Below are positions 1 to 9,128 of a stretch of DNA of 25,211 bases, one piece after another. The notes under the pieces were generated by a model. It ran no database searches. It saw only the letters and a list, made by a program, of their open reading frames with translations, and had not been told where the DNA came from. Position 1 is the first letter of the stretch; every line of letters starts with the position of its first letter. The translations under genes were made by a program, and so were the position numbers. Where the stretch lies: positions 1 through 25,211 of the forward strand of contig JAYUVP010000100.1 of NCBI GenBank assembly GCA_043753995.1, written 5' to 3'. Source of the DNA: Fibrobacterota bacterium. GTDB taxonomy: Bacteria > Fibrobacterota > Fibrobacteria > UBA11236.

Positions 1-1
1 C

Positions 2-358
2 GGCACGACAGTGAAAATCAGCACTATGCTGGGACGCTTGACCATACCCGTGCGCATGCAAGAACTTTTGGCCGAAGCCTCTTCCGAAGGCCAAAACCTC
101 AGCCGCAAAATTCAAACGGCCTTGCCTACTCTCGACATTTCTTCGCTCGATGACATGGAACTCTTCTCCGTCGGCCCCGACCCGCGTCAAAGTCCCGGTA
201 CGGACACCCATGTTTTGGCCCGTGACAATTCGGCCACCCTCCCAGCTGGCCATTCCTCCCAGGGAGAGGGCTCGGTCGAAGAGGGTCCCAATCTTTCCGA
301 AAATCACGCTTATAGTCTCGAAGAGTATATACGCCTCAAAAAAGGCCGCCCGGGCTAA
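2..358 (+). CDS. Hypothetical protein, C-terminal part (5'-truncated by window edge)
   Basis: Frame is open from position 2 to TAA at 356-358. The low-complexity S/G/E-rich tail ends in a short helix (YSLEEYIRLKK) and is followed by a terminator-like hairpin. No family recognised. Confidence 0.55.
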   Translation, partial: GTTVKISTMLGRLTIPVRMQELLAEASSEGQNLSRKIQTALPTLDISSLDDMELFSVGPDPRQSPGTDTHVLARDNSATLPAGHSSQGEGSVEEGPNLSENHAYSLEEYIRLKKGRPG

Positions 359-378
359 TCACTCCAAATTTCCCGTTT

Positions 379-419
379 AGGGTCGGCTGATTCCGGGATC
401 GGTCGACCCTCTACTTTTT
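379..419 (+). terminator. Probable intrinsic terminator
   Basis: AGGGTCGGCTGATT-CCGG-GATCGGTCGACCCT forms a 14-bp stem with 3 G-U pairs, so it folds well only as + strand RNA. It is followed by CTACTTTTT and lies 20 nt after the stop of the upstream ORF. Confidence 0.65.
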
Positions 420-436
420 CATTCCCGACTTCCCAC

Positions 437-466
437 TTGCTCCAAGTTCCCCAGTTTCGCTATAAT
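437..466 (+). promoter_or_regulatory. Putative sigma70 promoter
   Basis: TTGCTC (437-442), 18-nt spacer, perfect TATAAT (461-466), upstream of the small membrane-protein ORF. Confidence 0.6.
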
Positions 467-528
467 CTGAAGGCGTGAAGGCTAATACGCTCAAGGAGCG
501 GCCGATTCAAAACGCCAAGGGGGATTTC

Positions 529-729
529 ATGTTGCTGATGCTGGGCTTGATCTGTTTCTTTAGTTGCGTCGGCGGCATTCTTCTGGGCCAAAGCCTCAAG
601 GCCAATTACATCTTCAAGCTCGGCCTGGAAAAGGGGCAAAAGAAAATGTTCAATGCCGGCGTCATTAGCGTGATCGCCGCCTTGGTCATTAGCTTGGCAT
701 CTTTATTTTTTCCCGGCTGCCGCTTGTAG
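529..729 (+). CDS. Small two-TM membrane protein (66 aa), unknown function
   Basis: ATG at 529 is preceded by SD-like AAGGGGG, preferred over GTG 475. Two hydrophobic segments (MLLMLGLICFFSCVGGILLG; AGVISVIAALVISLASLFF) are separated by a Lys-rich loop. Confidence 0.65.
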   Translation: MLLMLGLICFFSCVGGILLGQSLKANYIFKLGLEKGQKKMFNAGVISVIAALVISLASLFFPGCRL

Positions 730-762
730 CCGAGGATCACGCTATCGGCTCAATTCACGAAT

Positions 763-945
763 TCAATGATTCAATACGCGAATTTTCAATGAGGTCAATT
801 GATCCTGCATTTCGGAAATAAGCTTTAACACCTTTTCCTTATCCAATTCATCAGGGGCTTCTGAAGCAGGAATAAAGGTTACGCCGTTCAAAACAATGGC
901 GTTCTCGGAGTGTTTTGGGTTTTTGGACTGACTTTTGAATGACAT
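763..945 (-). CDS. Small hypothetical protein (60 aa) with C-terminal amphipathic/coiled-coil helix
   Basis: Fills the gap between hisG and the convergent small gene. Protein-like composition with heptad pattern LDKEKVLKLISEMQDQLTSLKIRV. No clear SD. Confidence 0.5.
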   Translation of the reverse strand: MSFKSQSKNPKHSENAIVLNGVTFIPASEAPDELDKEKVLKLISEMQDQLTSLKIRVLNH

Positions 946-991
946 AGGAGTTTTGCCTTTGGGCCTGAGACGAATCTATTAAGTAGATAAT

Positions 992-1831
992 TTAAATCCG
1001 CACGCTGTCGAGTGCCGTCAATAATATTCCCTTGCATCCTAAACGCAAGAGCTCATCCATGATTTTTTGCGCTTGCTTCTTGCGCACCATGGATTTGACA
1101 GCAAACCAATCGGCCTTAGCCAAGGTGGTGATGGTTGGCGATTCCAGGCCAGGCGTGATGGCGCAGGCGGCATCGAGCAAAACGCGCGGGACATCGTATT
1201 CGACCATCATATATTCTTGGGCCAGCATGCGGCCTTCGATACGGCTGCGCAATATTTGCACTTCTTCGGTGATTTCCCGTCCGGGATGGGCAAACAGGGC
1301 TGAGCGCGATTCAAACAGGGGTTTGCCTATAATACGCAAGCCCGCCTGAATCAAGGTGGAGCCGGTTTCGACAATGTCAACCACAGCATCGGCAATGCCG
1401 AGCTTAATGGAAATTTCTACCGCACCTTCCAGTTCAATGAGCTTGGAATGGCCGCCGAAAAAGCCGGTGACTATATGAGGAAAAGAAGTTGCGATACGAA
1501 GGGGTCTTAAACCTTCCAGGTCTTGAACCGGGCTATCGGCGGGAACCGCCGCGCAAAGCTTGGAGGCACCGTAATTCAAGTCGACGAGGCATGTCGGAGA
1601 AACGCCTTTTTCGGCGACGAAATCTTTGCCGGTAATGCCAGCGTCGAGAATGCCATTCGAGACATAAAGAGGGATATCGGTAGGACGGAGGAAATAAAAC
1701 TCAATTTGATTCTCGGTATCGAGAGTCATGAGGCTTCGCAGGTTTTTATTCACCTTATAGCCGCAGGCCGCCAGCAATTCCATGGTCGGTTCAAAAAGTT
1801 GGCCCTTATTGGGCAAGGCGACCTTAATCAT
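992..1831 (-). CDS. hisG: ATP phosphoribosyltransferase, long form
   Basis: ALPNKG start, LRPTDIP..V..G..DAGITGKD, RIATSFP and GAVEISIKLGIADAVVDIVETGSTL motifs, plus the C-terminal regulatory domain (TPGLESPTI). ATGA overlap with hisE. Confidence 0.97.
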   Translation of the reverse strand: MIKVALPNKGQLFEPTMELLAACGYKVNKNLRSLMTLDTENQIEFYFLRPTDIPLYVSNGILDAGITGKDFVAEKGVSPTCLVDLNYGASKLCAAVPADSPVQDLEGLRPLRIATSFPHIVTGFFGGHSKLIELEGAVEISIKLGIADAVVDIVETGSTLIQAGLRIIGKPLFESRSALFAHPGREITEEVQILRSRIEGRMLAQEYMMVEYDVPRVLLDAACAITPGLESPTITTLAKADWFAVKSMVRKKQAQKIMDELLRLGCKGILLTALDSVRI

Positions 1832-2088
1832 AGACGGCGATAAACCTCTTCGAGCGAAATGTCTTTTTCGGCCATCATGCAGGCCACGTAATAAAGCACT
1901 TGGGAAAGTTCGAGGGCCAAATCGTCGGCGCTTTCATAGCGAGCGGCCATCCAGCTTTCAGCCGCTTCCTCAACCAATTTCTTGCCGATGGCATGCGGGC
2001 CCTTTTCAAACAGCGCCGTGGTGGATTTACCCACCGGCATGTCGCGTTTGCGCTCTCGGGCCAGGGTCAGCATTTCTTCAAAAGTCAT
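1828..2088 (-). CDS. hisE: Phosphoribosyl-ATP pyrophosphohydrolase (stand-alone)
   Basis: S-T..LF.KG...IGKKLVEEAAESWMAA, ELSQVLYY and LEEVYRRL motifs. Translationally coupled to hisG. Confidence 0.95.
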   Translation of the reverse strand: MTFEEMLTLARERKRDMPVGKSTTALFEKGPHAIGKKLVEEAAESWMAARYESADDLALELSQVLYYVACMMAEKDISLEEVYRRL

Positions 2089-2144
2089 AGTCCGTAAAAC
2101 CTAGAAAACCGGTTCTACCGGCCCGATTGGAAATCAGGTAACCG

Positions 2145-3098
2145 TTATAACTTCAGGAAGGAAATACCCACGGCCAGGCCTTCCTTACTTTGATAGCTGT
2201 CGGACAAATCGAAGTCATAAAGCATGTCATAGGTAAAGTTGACATTGATGAAGTCATTGACCTTGGCCGTCACCACATTTTCCCATTTGCCATCCACTTC
2301 ATCCATACCCTTGAAGTTCACGAATACGTCGAGGGCAGTAGACAATTGAATATTATCCCAAACATCGATTTTATAAGACCCGAAAAAGGAGGCACCCGGC
2401 TCGAATTTAAAGCTTTCAATCTTGGCGGTTTCTTTGTCGTCAGCGATGCCATAGCTCGTATCGGAAAAGGTTTCTTTCAAAGTGGCACCCAAACGAAGGT
2501 TCAAGTTTTTCACGGTCGTAAAGCCGACGCCAACGGTTTGATAAAGAAAGGTCGGGTCAAATGGGCCAGAGGCGCGCACGCGAGCCGAATCGGGATTGGG
2601 ATAGTTATAGCCTGCCGCGAATTGGGTTTGCAATTCGGCTCCAGCGAAAGGATTGACCCAGGCGCCAAGCTTGTAGATATAGGTCGATTTCAAATTCAAT
2701 TCATCGGCTGATTTTCGCGAATTCAAATCACCCAGCTGGGTGCGACCATATACGGCCTTGCCCTTATTTTCCCAGGTGTATTTTGGCATGTCGAGCACGG
2801 CGAATTCATCGAAATGCAATTCCCAAGCCATGGAATTGGAACCGCCCTTGACCCAGTTGTCATAATAGTTCTGGCTCAAATTGAAAAAGCCATTGGTTTG
2901 GGTTTTCCAACCCGAGCTGTCAACGGGCGCGGCGGCGACCGTCCCCGTAGCAGTGTAATCGGCTGAGGCGGGAACGGACTCAGGATTTTCACCCTGATAG
3001 GCCAAATCCGAATCAGCAGCAACCGAAATTACGGGGCCAATGGCTAAAATCGCTGCATATCCGAGCAAAAGGCTCGATAAGGAGGGGGTCCAAAACAT
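2145..3098 (-). CDS. DUF3078-like outer-membrane beta-barrel protein
   Basis: N-terminal signal peptide, W...G.FNLSQ.YYDNW.KGG motif typical of DUF3078, alternating beta-strand pattern and a terminal strand GLAVGISF. SD AAAGGA upstream. Confidence 0.8.
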   Translation of the reverse strand: MFWTPSLSSLLLGYAAILAIGPVISVAADSDLAYQGENPESVPASADYTATGTVAAAPVDSSGWKTQTNGFFNLSQNYYDNWVKGGSNSMAWELHFDEFAVLDMPKYTWENKGKAVYGRTQLGDLNSRKSADELNLKSTYIYKLGAWVNPFAGAELQTQFAAGYNYPNPDSARVRASGPFDPTFLYQTVGVGFTTVKNLNLRLGATLKETFSDTSYGIADDKETAKIESFKFEPGASFFGSYKIDVWDNIQLSTALDVFVNFKGMDEVDGKWENVVTAKVNDFINVNFTYDMLYDFDLSDSYQSKEGLAVGISFLKL

Positions 3099-3133
3099 GA
3101 TATCCTTTCAGGAGCCCTCCAAAACGGGACGGC

Positions 3134-3157
3134 AAAAAACCTGGGAGTTTTACTCCC
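3134..3157 (-). terminator. Probable intrinsic terminator downstream of acs
   Basis: Minus strand reads GGGAGT-AAA-ACTCCC followed by AGG-TTTTTT, between the acs stop and the DUF3078 start. Confidence 0.5.
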
Positions 3158-3192
3158 GAAAGTTTAGTGAAAACTCTAAGGCCTGAGTAGAG

Positions 3193-5154
3193 TCAGCCTT
3201 CGTCAGATTCTCGCAAACGCGCCAAAACGGACAAATCTTCTAAAGTCGATGTGTCTTGTTTACTCTCAATGCCGTTGGCAACATCGCGCAAAAGCCGGCG
3301 CATGATTTTTCCTGATCGGGTTTTCGGTAAAGTATCGGAAAAATGGACTTGATCGGGAACGGCAATGGCGCCGATTATCTCGCGTACATGCTTTTTAAGT
3401 GACTCTTGCATGGATTGGCCTTTATGAAAGCCTTGGCCAAGAGTCACAAAGGCCGCTATGCCTTCGCCCTTAATATCATGCTTGAATCCGACCACGGCCG
3501 CTTCTACCACGGCAGCATGCGCTACCAAGGCACTTTCGACTTCCATGGTCGAGAGGCGATGCCCCGAAACATTGAGCACATCGTCAATGCGTCCTAAAAC
3601 CCAGATATAGCCGTCTTGGTCGCGTACAGCTCCGTCGCCAGCCAGATAATAGCCCTGCTTTTCAAAACGTTTCCAATACACTTCCTTGAAGCGCTCATCG
3701 TCGCCATAGAGTGTTCGCAGCATAGAAGGCCAGGGCTGCTTCACCACAAGAAAGCCGCCTTGTCCATTGGGCAAGTCTTCGCCTTTTTCATTGACGATGG
3801 CGATATCGATGCCGAAAAAGGGGAAGGTGCAAGAGCCGGGCTTAGTGGTGGTGGCGCCAGGCAAGGGTGAAATCATGATGGCGCCGGTTTCGGTTTGCCA
3901 CCAAGTATCGACTATGGGGCAACGCTTTCCTCCCACGACTTCGTGATACCACATCCAAGCTTCGGGATTGATGGGTTCGCCCACCGAACCCAAAATGCGT
4001 AGCGAGCTGAGATCATGCCCATGAACGTGTTCGTCGCCCCATTTCATGAAGGCGCGAATCGCCGTGGGGGCGGTATAAAACACCGACACCTTGTAGCGCT
4101 CAACGATTTCCCAAAAACGATCCGGGTTGGGATGATTCGGAGCGCCTTCATACATCACCACGGTGGCGCCATTATTGAGCGGACCGTAGACCACATAACT
4201 GTGACCCGTCACCCAGCCAATGTCGGCGGTGCACCAATAGGTGTCTTCTTCCTTGATGTCGAAGATATAGCGGGTGGTGAGATAGGTGCCCACCATGTAT
4301 CCGGCCGTGGTATGCAAAATTCCCTTGGGCTTACCCGTGGATCCGGAAGTATAGAGGATGAATAGCGGATGTTCGCTGTCGAGAGCCTCCGCTTTGCAAT
4401 TGGGATTCACACCCTTCATCAATTCTTGCCACCAAAAATCGCGCCCAGGCTGCATGGACACTTCATTGTTGCAGCGACGAAAGACAATGCAGGTTTTCAC
4501 CACCGAGGTGAGCTTCATGGCTTCGTCTACGGTTTCTTTCAGCTTCACGATTTGTCCGCGCCGCCAGCCGCCATCCGCGGTGACAACGACCTTGCATTGC
4601 GCGTCTTCAATGCGATCGACCAGGGCTGGCGCCGAAAAGCCGCCGAAAATGATGCTATGCACGGCGCCAATGCGGGCGCAAGCCAGCATGGCTATGGTGA
4701 GCTCGGGAACCATAGGCATGTAAATGGCGACGGTATCGCCGGCTTTCACGCCTTTTTGCTTGAGGACATTGGCAAAACTGCTGACCTGTAGATGCAATTC
4801 TTGATAGGTGAGAACGCGCCGGTCGTCCTCGGGTTCCCCTTCCCAAATAATGGCGGCCTTATTGCGGCGCCAGGTGCTGAGATGCTTGTCCACGCAGTTG
4901 TAACAAAGATTGGTTTTGCCGCCTTCGAACCAGCGGGCGAAAGGAGGATTGTCCCAATTACGGACACGATCCCATTTCTTAAACCAGTGCAGATTTTCGG
5001 CTACGCGCGCCCAGAATTTTTCTGGTTCGCGTATGCTCTCTTGATAGAGAGTCTGATATTGATCCCACGAAGCTATGGCCGCATTATCGGAAAAGGCAGG
5101 TGGGGGCGCAAAGGTACGGGTTTCGGTGAGAACGTGTTCGATATTCGAAGACAT
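3193..5154 (-). CDS. acs: Acetyl-CoA synthetase (AMP-forming)
   Basis: [12 protein letters not shown]-loop, [37 protein letters not shown] and [11 protein letters not shown] (acetylatable catalytic Lys). SD GGAGG. Confidence 0.98.
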   Translation of the reverse strand: MSSNIEHVLTETRTFAPPPAFSDNAAIASWDQYQTLYQESIREPEKFWARVAENLHWFKKWDRVRNWDNPPFARWFEGGKTNLCYNCVDKHLSTWRRNKAAIIWEGEPEDDRRVLTYQELHLQVSSFANVLKQKGVKAGDTVAIYMPMVPELTIAMLACARIGAVHSIIFGGFSAPALVDRIEDAQCKVVVTADGGWRRGQIVKLKETVDEAMKLTSVVKTCIVFRRCNNEVSMQPGRDFWWQELMKGVNPNCKAEALDSEHPLFILYTSGSTGKPKGILHTTAGYMVGTYLTTRYIFDIKEEDTYWCTADIGWVTGHSYVVYGPLNNGATVVMYEGAPNHPNPDRFWEIVERYKVSVFYTAPTAIRAFMKWGDEHVHGHDLSSLRILGSVGEPINPEAWMWYHEVVGGKRCPIVDTWWQTETGAIMISPLPGATTTKPGSCTFPFFGIDIAIVNEKGEDLPNGQGGFLVVKQPWPSMLRTLYGDDERFKEVYWKRFEKQGYYLAGDGAVRDQDGYIWVLGRIDDVLNVSGHRLSTMEVESALVAHAAVVEAAVVGFKHDIKGEGIAAFVTLGQGFHKGQSMQESLKKHVREIIGAIAVPDQVHFSDTLPKTRSGKIMRRLLRDVANGIESKQDTSTLEDLSVLARLRESDEG

Positions 5155-5191
5155 GCTTCCTCCCGGGCGGTCTAAGACCTCCCGCTCGCTT

Positions 5192-6202
5192 TTACAGAGT
5201 ACGTTCGGTCATCAGACTGCAAACCCGGCGCAAATGATTCGCGGCAGGTCCGGCGGGCAAGGCCGCAAGAAGAGGCAAGCATGCATTGACACGCTCCGCC
5301 GCCATATCGCGAGCGCGTTCGAAAACGCCCGACAGGGTCAATAGTTTTACAATGCGAGATTGAGCCTCAGCCTCTCCCGCACGGGACAGCAAGGACAAGA
5401 GTTCGGTTTTATCCGACTCGGATGCGCTGGCCAGGAAAAGCAACATGGGCAAGGTGAATAGCCCATTTTTCAAATCGGAAAATTGACGTTTGTCGAGATT
5501 GGCGGCGCCAAAACCGAAGTCGAGCAAGTCGTCGATAATTTGGAAAGACACACCAAAATTTCGGCCGATTTCAGCGCAACCGCGTATGCGCTCCGGGTCA
5601 AAGCCCGCGATAACCGCAGCGCATTCGCCGCAGGCTTCAAGCAGGGAGGCTGTTTTGCCTTCGATGGTAGCCAGGTATTGCTCTACCGTAACATCGGCGC
5701 GTCCGGCTTGATCGATTTCGGCGACTTCGGCGCGGATGAGATTGCTGCTGGCGCGGGACAGGGCGGTTGGGACACGGTGATCGCCGTCTCCCCAAATCAT
5801 TTCCATGGATTTGGCCAGGATATAGTCGCCCAAAAGCACGGCGAAGCGATTGCCCCAGCGCTGATGAGCCGCCTTTTCATTGCGGCGCACATCGCTGTCG
5901 TCGATGATGTCGTCGTGAATCAGGGAGGCCAGATGAATCAATTCAACGGCGGCGCAGGCTCGCACGGCTCGAACATGGTCGAGGTCGGAACGAGTTGAAG
6001 CCAAAAGCAGTAAAAAGGTGGAGCGAATCCGCTTGCCGCGTTTTTGCAGCAAATCTTGCAAAGCTTTGGATAAACGACCCGGCGCCGCTTCGGCCACACC
6101 GACCATGAGACGGTGCACGGCGTCTAAATCCGAGGCTACGAAATCTCGGGCCTCTTGGAGAATCACCTCGTAAGGAACGGAAAGGGTCGGCAGGGAGTTC
6201 AT
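5192..6202 (-). CDS. Trans-polyprenyl diphosphate synthase (IspB/HepT type)
   Basis: [20 protein letters not shown] (first Asp-rich motif), RR, LGDY, KTA and FQIIDDLLD (second Asp-rich motif). Start placed at ATG 6202 because ATG 6268 would overlap the prmA start. Confidence 0.92.
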   Translation of the reverse strand: MNSLPTLSVPYEVILQEARDFVASDLDAVHRLMVGVAEAAPGRLSKALQDLLQKRGKRIRSTFLLLLASTRSDLDHVRAVRACAAVELIHLASLIHDDIIDDSDVRRNEKAAHQRWGNRFAVLLGDYILAKSMEMIWGDGDHRVPTALSRASSNLIRAEVAEIDQAGRADVTVEQYLATIEGKTASLLEACGECAAVIAGFDPERIRGCAEIGRNFGVSFQIIDDLLDFGFGAANLDKRQFSDLKNGLFTLPMLLFLASASESDKTELLSLLSRAGEAEAQSRIVKLLTLSGVFERARDMAAERVNACLPLLAALPAGPAANHLRRVCSLMTERTL

Positions 6203-6266
6203 TCCAGGTTTAACAGGCGGATCTTTCTCACCGTCTGGGGGCAGGTGAATATAGCTTTCCCTCCCC

Positions 6267-7172
6267 ATGAGACTGGGTGACCTTTACTATTGGCTGCGAT
6301 TTCGCAGCGAGCCCTCCGACCGGGAATGGGTCGAATATCAGCTTTTTGAACTGGGTGCCCTGGGTTTGCAGGAAGAAGGGCCTGACGGTCTGTCCTCCAG
6401 CCCGGATTCTCCTCCCGACGACCCCGTTTGGTTGCGGGCCTCTTTTGATTCGGAAGAGGCCTGGCAAGCCGCCTGCGCGGAATTCGGCCTTCGCCCCGAT
6501 TGCACCCAAGGCTCGGCTCCGATCGAGGATTGGGACCAAAGCTGGCGCGATCGACAGGAACCGGTTGCGGTAACCGAGAGGTTAACCGTGGTCCCTCCCT
6601 GGCTGCCTTTGCCGCCCCAGGGGTTCGCGATAAGACTTACTGCCAAAATGGCTTTCGGCACAGGTTTGCATGAAAGCACACAATTGGCGGCCACCTTGCT
6701 GGAGCGCCTGGACTTGCATCAAGCCCGCGTCCTAGATGTGGGCGCAGGCACCGGCATTCTTGCCCTATATGCCGCCATGTTAGGAGCAACCTGGGCTGTG
6801 GCTCATGATATTGATCCTGTTGCCGGGCCTTGCATGGCCGAAAATTGGGCCCTCAACCCTCCTCCAGCTGGTCATAGCGTTCATTGCTTCGTGGGCACCA
6901 CGGATGCATTGAAAATGACGACGGCTTTTAACGTCGTGGTTTGCAATATGATTCGCACCGAATGGTGGCCATTTCGGCAAGAGCTGAGAAATCTTGTCGG
7001 TCTTGGCGGGATATTGATTATTTCAGGCCAAAGGCTAGAGGACAAGCCCTTTGTTTTGCCCTGGCTGGCATTGGCGGGCTTGGTCCCCGTTGAGGAAGTA
7101 GACAAGCAGGGCTGGTGGGCCGTCGCCGCCCAGCGCCGACTGGATTTTGAAGAGGATACTCATGACGCTTAA
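6267..7172 (+). CDS. prmA: Ribosomal protein L11 methyltransferase
   Basis: EDWDQSW, VVPPW, MAFGTGLHEST, VLDVGAGTGILA (SAM motif I), DID and LIISG motifs. Confidence 0.9.
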   Translation: MRLGDLYYWLRFRSEPSDREWVEYQLFELGALGLQEEGPDGLSSSPDSPPDDPVWLRASFDSEEAWQAACAEFGLRPDCTQGSAPIEDWDQSWRDRQEPVAVTERLTVVPPWLPLPPQGFAIRLTAKMAFGTGLHESTQLAATLLERLDLHQARVLDVGAGTGILALYAAMLGATWAVAHDIDPVAGPCMAENWALNPPPAGHSVHCFVGTTDALKMTTAFNVVVCNMIRTEWWPFRQELRNLVGLGGILIISGQRLEDKPFVLPWLALAGLVPVEEVDKQGWWAVAAQRRLDFEEDTHDA

Positions 7173-8244
7173 GCACGAAAACCCGGCATCGGGTCGCGAC
7201 CTCCCCCACCCCAAGCCTAATAATGCCAGTTTTTTAGAGGCGGCCTTAGGCCAAAAACCCAGCCGCCCCCCGGTATGGATTATGCGCCAAGCCGGACGCT
7301 ACCTGGCCGAATACCGTCGGGTACGCAGCTTGTTTCCCTCTTTCCTCGATTTTTGCCGCTCTCCGGAGCATGTGGCTGAGGTCACGGTGCAGCCGGTGAA
7401 TCTGGTTGGAGTCGATGCCGCCATTCTTTTCAGCGATATTCTGGTTCTATTGCCCCCCATGGGTGTCGAATTGGAATTCATCGAAAGCCGCGGCCCCGTG
7501 ATTGCCAATGCCGTTCGCACGGCGGAGCGCATTGCTGCCATGCCTTCAGGTAATTTGAATGCCGAATTGGCCTATGTCTTTGAAGGCATTCGTCTGATTA
7601 AACGCGAACTGGCGAATTCGGTTCCCCTGATTGGCTTTGCCGGCGGACCCTTTACCGTTGCGTCCTATATGGTGGAAGGCGGAGGCTCTAAGGAATTGGC
7701 CAAGCTCAAGGCCATGATGTTCGGTGCGCCCGAAGCCTTCGATGGCCTCATGTCCAAATTGGTAGAAGTGACCAGCCACTACTTGATCGAACAAGTGCGA
7801 CAAGGTTGTGATGCTATCACCTTGATGGATTCCTGGGCCGGTTTTCTCGCGCCCCAGGATTATCGCGAACGAGTTTTACCGCATACCAAGGCCGTGGTGC
7901 AAGCCGTGAAAAAAGCCTATCCCATGACGCCCTTCATTCACTATGCCAATGGCGCTCCGACCTTAATCGATAGCTTCTGCGAATTGGGCGCCGACGTAAT
8001 CGGCCTCGATTGGCGCATGGAATTAGGCAAGGCTTTCGAGGCCCATCCAAAGCAAGTCTTTCAGGGCAATCTCGATCCGTGCTGGCTGTATGCCCCCATC
8101 CCAAAGCTTGTCGAAAAAGTGAAGGCCCTTAAGGCCCAAGTGGGTGACCGCCCTCACATTTTCAACTTGGGGCATGGCATATTGCCCGACATTTCCCCCG
8201 ATCATGCCCGCGCATTCGTGCAGGCCGTTCACGGGGAAATCTGA
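7162..8244 (+). CDS. hemE: Uroporphyrinogen decarboxylase
   Basis: PVWIMRQAGRYL, DAAILFSDIL, PLIGFAGGPFT, QGNLDP and HIFNLGHGI motifs. ATG 7162 follows GAGGA and overlaps the prmA end. Confidence 0.97.
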   Translation: MTLKHENPASGRDLPHPKPNNASFLEAALGQKPSRPPVWIMRQAGRYLAEYRRVRSLFPSFLDFCRSPEHVAEVTVQPVNLVGVDAAILFSDILVLLPPMGVELEFIESRGPVIANAVRTAERIAAMPSGNLNAELAYVFEGIRLIKRELANSVPLIGFAGGPFTVASYMVEGGGSKELAKLKAMMFGAPEAFDGLMSKLVEVTSHYLIEQVRQGCDAITLMDSWAGFLAPQDYRERVLPHTKAVVQAVKKAYPMTPFIHYANGAPTLIDSFCELGADVIGLDWRMELGKAFEAHPKQVFQGNLDPCWLYAPIPKLVEKVKALKAQVGDRPHIFNLGHGILPDISPDHARAFVQAVHGEI

Positions 8245-8271
8245 TTTCGATCGGTTAGAGCCGGGTTGAAT

Positions 8272-9090
8272 TCACTTCACTGGCAACAAAATATCTGCAC
8301 CACCCCGCCCGGTCACCACCGAGGTCGGGGAAACGCCATTCCACTTCTTCACGATTTCGAGTGAGATCACATCGGGCGCATTCTTCAATGCTTCACCCTT
8401 GATTTTAACCGACTTGGCTTCCGCCTCGGCATTCACCACGGTGATTTCCGCATCCTTGCGGGCTTTGTCCAATTCGAATGCTTTGGCCAAAGCTTCTTGC
8501 TCGCGAATGGTCTTTTGCTCGATGGCTCTTTCCAATTCGTCGGTGAAATCAAAATTGGTGATAGCAATGTCGGAGACCAGCACATAATCACCAATGGCTT
8601 TCTTCACCAAGGCCAGGACTTCGATCTTGATTTTCTCGCGGCTTTTCACCAATTCTTCGGCACGATAAAGCGAAGTGATTTGTTTCAACTCTTCCTGAAT
8701 ACGAGGTTCGACCAAGGTGGCATAGGGGTCCCCTGTGAATTGCTGAAAGATGGCGATGACCTGGCTTTCGGGAATTCGGTAAAGGGTTTTGAAGGTGATT
8801 TGCACGGTTTGCAAGTCGCTCGAATAGGAAGCAGCATGGCCTTCCACAGTATTCTGTCGAACTGGAAAGTCATAAATCTTCTCGATGAAGGGTTTCTTAA
8901 AGGAAAGGCCTTCGCCCTTAGCCACCGCCCCCACCTTACCAAGGGTGACAGAAATGCCTCTATGGCCGGGCGGAACGATATGATAACAGGACATGAGGAA
9001 AATAATGACCAGCAGAATTGCTGCGCCAATGGGAATCCACTTCACCCCGTTAAAATTGATTTGATCCATTTCGGATTGTCGCATGTTCAT
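8272..9090 (-). CDS. SPFH/prohibitin-family membrane protein
   Basis: N-terminal TM helix, V.PG.RG...TLGKV...EGL.FK.PF, SSDLQTV, F.F..E..RAIEQK and an AEAEA coiled coil. Start uncertain (9090, 9084 or 9069). Confidence 0.9.
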   Translation of the reverse strand: MNMRQSEMDQINFNGVKWIPIGAAILLVIIFLMSCYHIVPPGHRGISVTLGKVGAVAKGEGLSFKKPFIEKIYDFPVRQNTVEGHAASYSSDLQTVQITFKTLYRIPESQVIAIFQQFTGDPYATLVEPRIQEELKQITSLYRAEELVKSREKIKIEVLALVKKAIGDYVLVSDIAITNFDFTDELERAIEQKTIREQEALAKAFELDKARKDAEITVVNAEAEAKSVKIKGEALKNAPDVISLEIVKKWNGVSPTSVVTGRGGADILLPVK

Positions 9091-9128
9091 CCTGGGTTCG
9101 AGTTTGAGAGAATAGATAAGTCGAAAGA

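Noticed and set aside
974..992. Minus-strand AATTATCTACTTAATAGAT resembles a Cas12a direct-repeat stem (TCTAC...TAGAT)
   Set aside because: Single imperfect copy with no spacers and no cas genes; most likely a chance AT-rich dyad.
2190..2711. Long antisense ORFs (for example 2190-2711, 5483-5998, 8497-9156) and the same-strand alternative-frame ORF 14832-15470
   Set aside because: They lie mostly or wholly inside well-supported genes and show no motifs or start signals; typical shadow ORFs.
6203..6268. 22-aa N-terminal extension of the polyprenyl synthase overlapping the prmA start
   Set aside because: Non-homologous Pro-rich sequence. Using ATG 6202 leaves a plausible 64-bp divergent promoter region.
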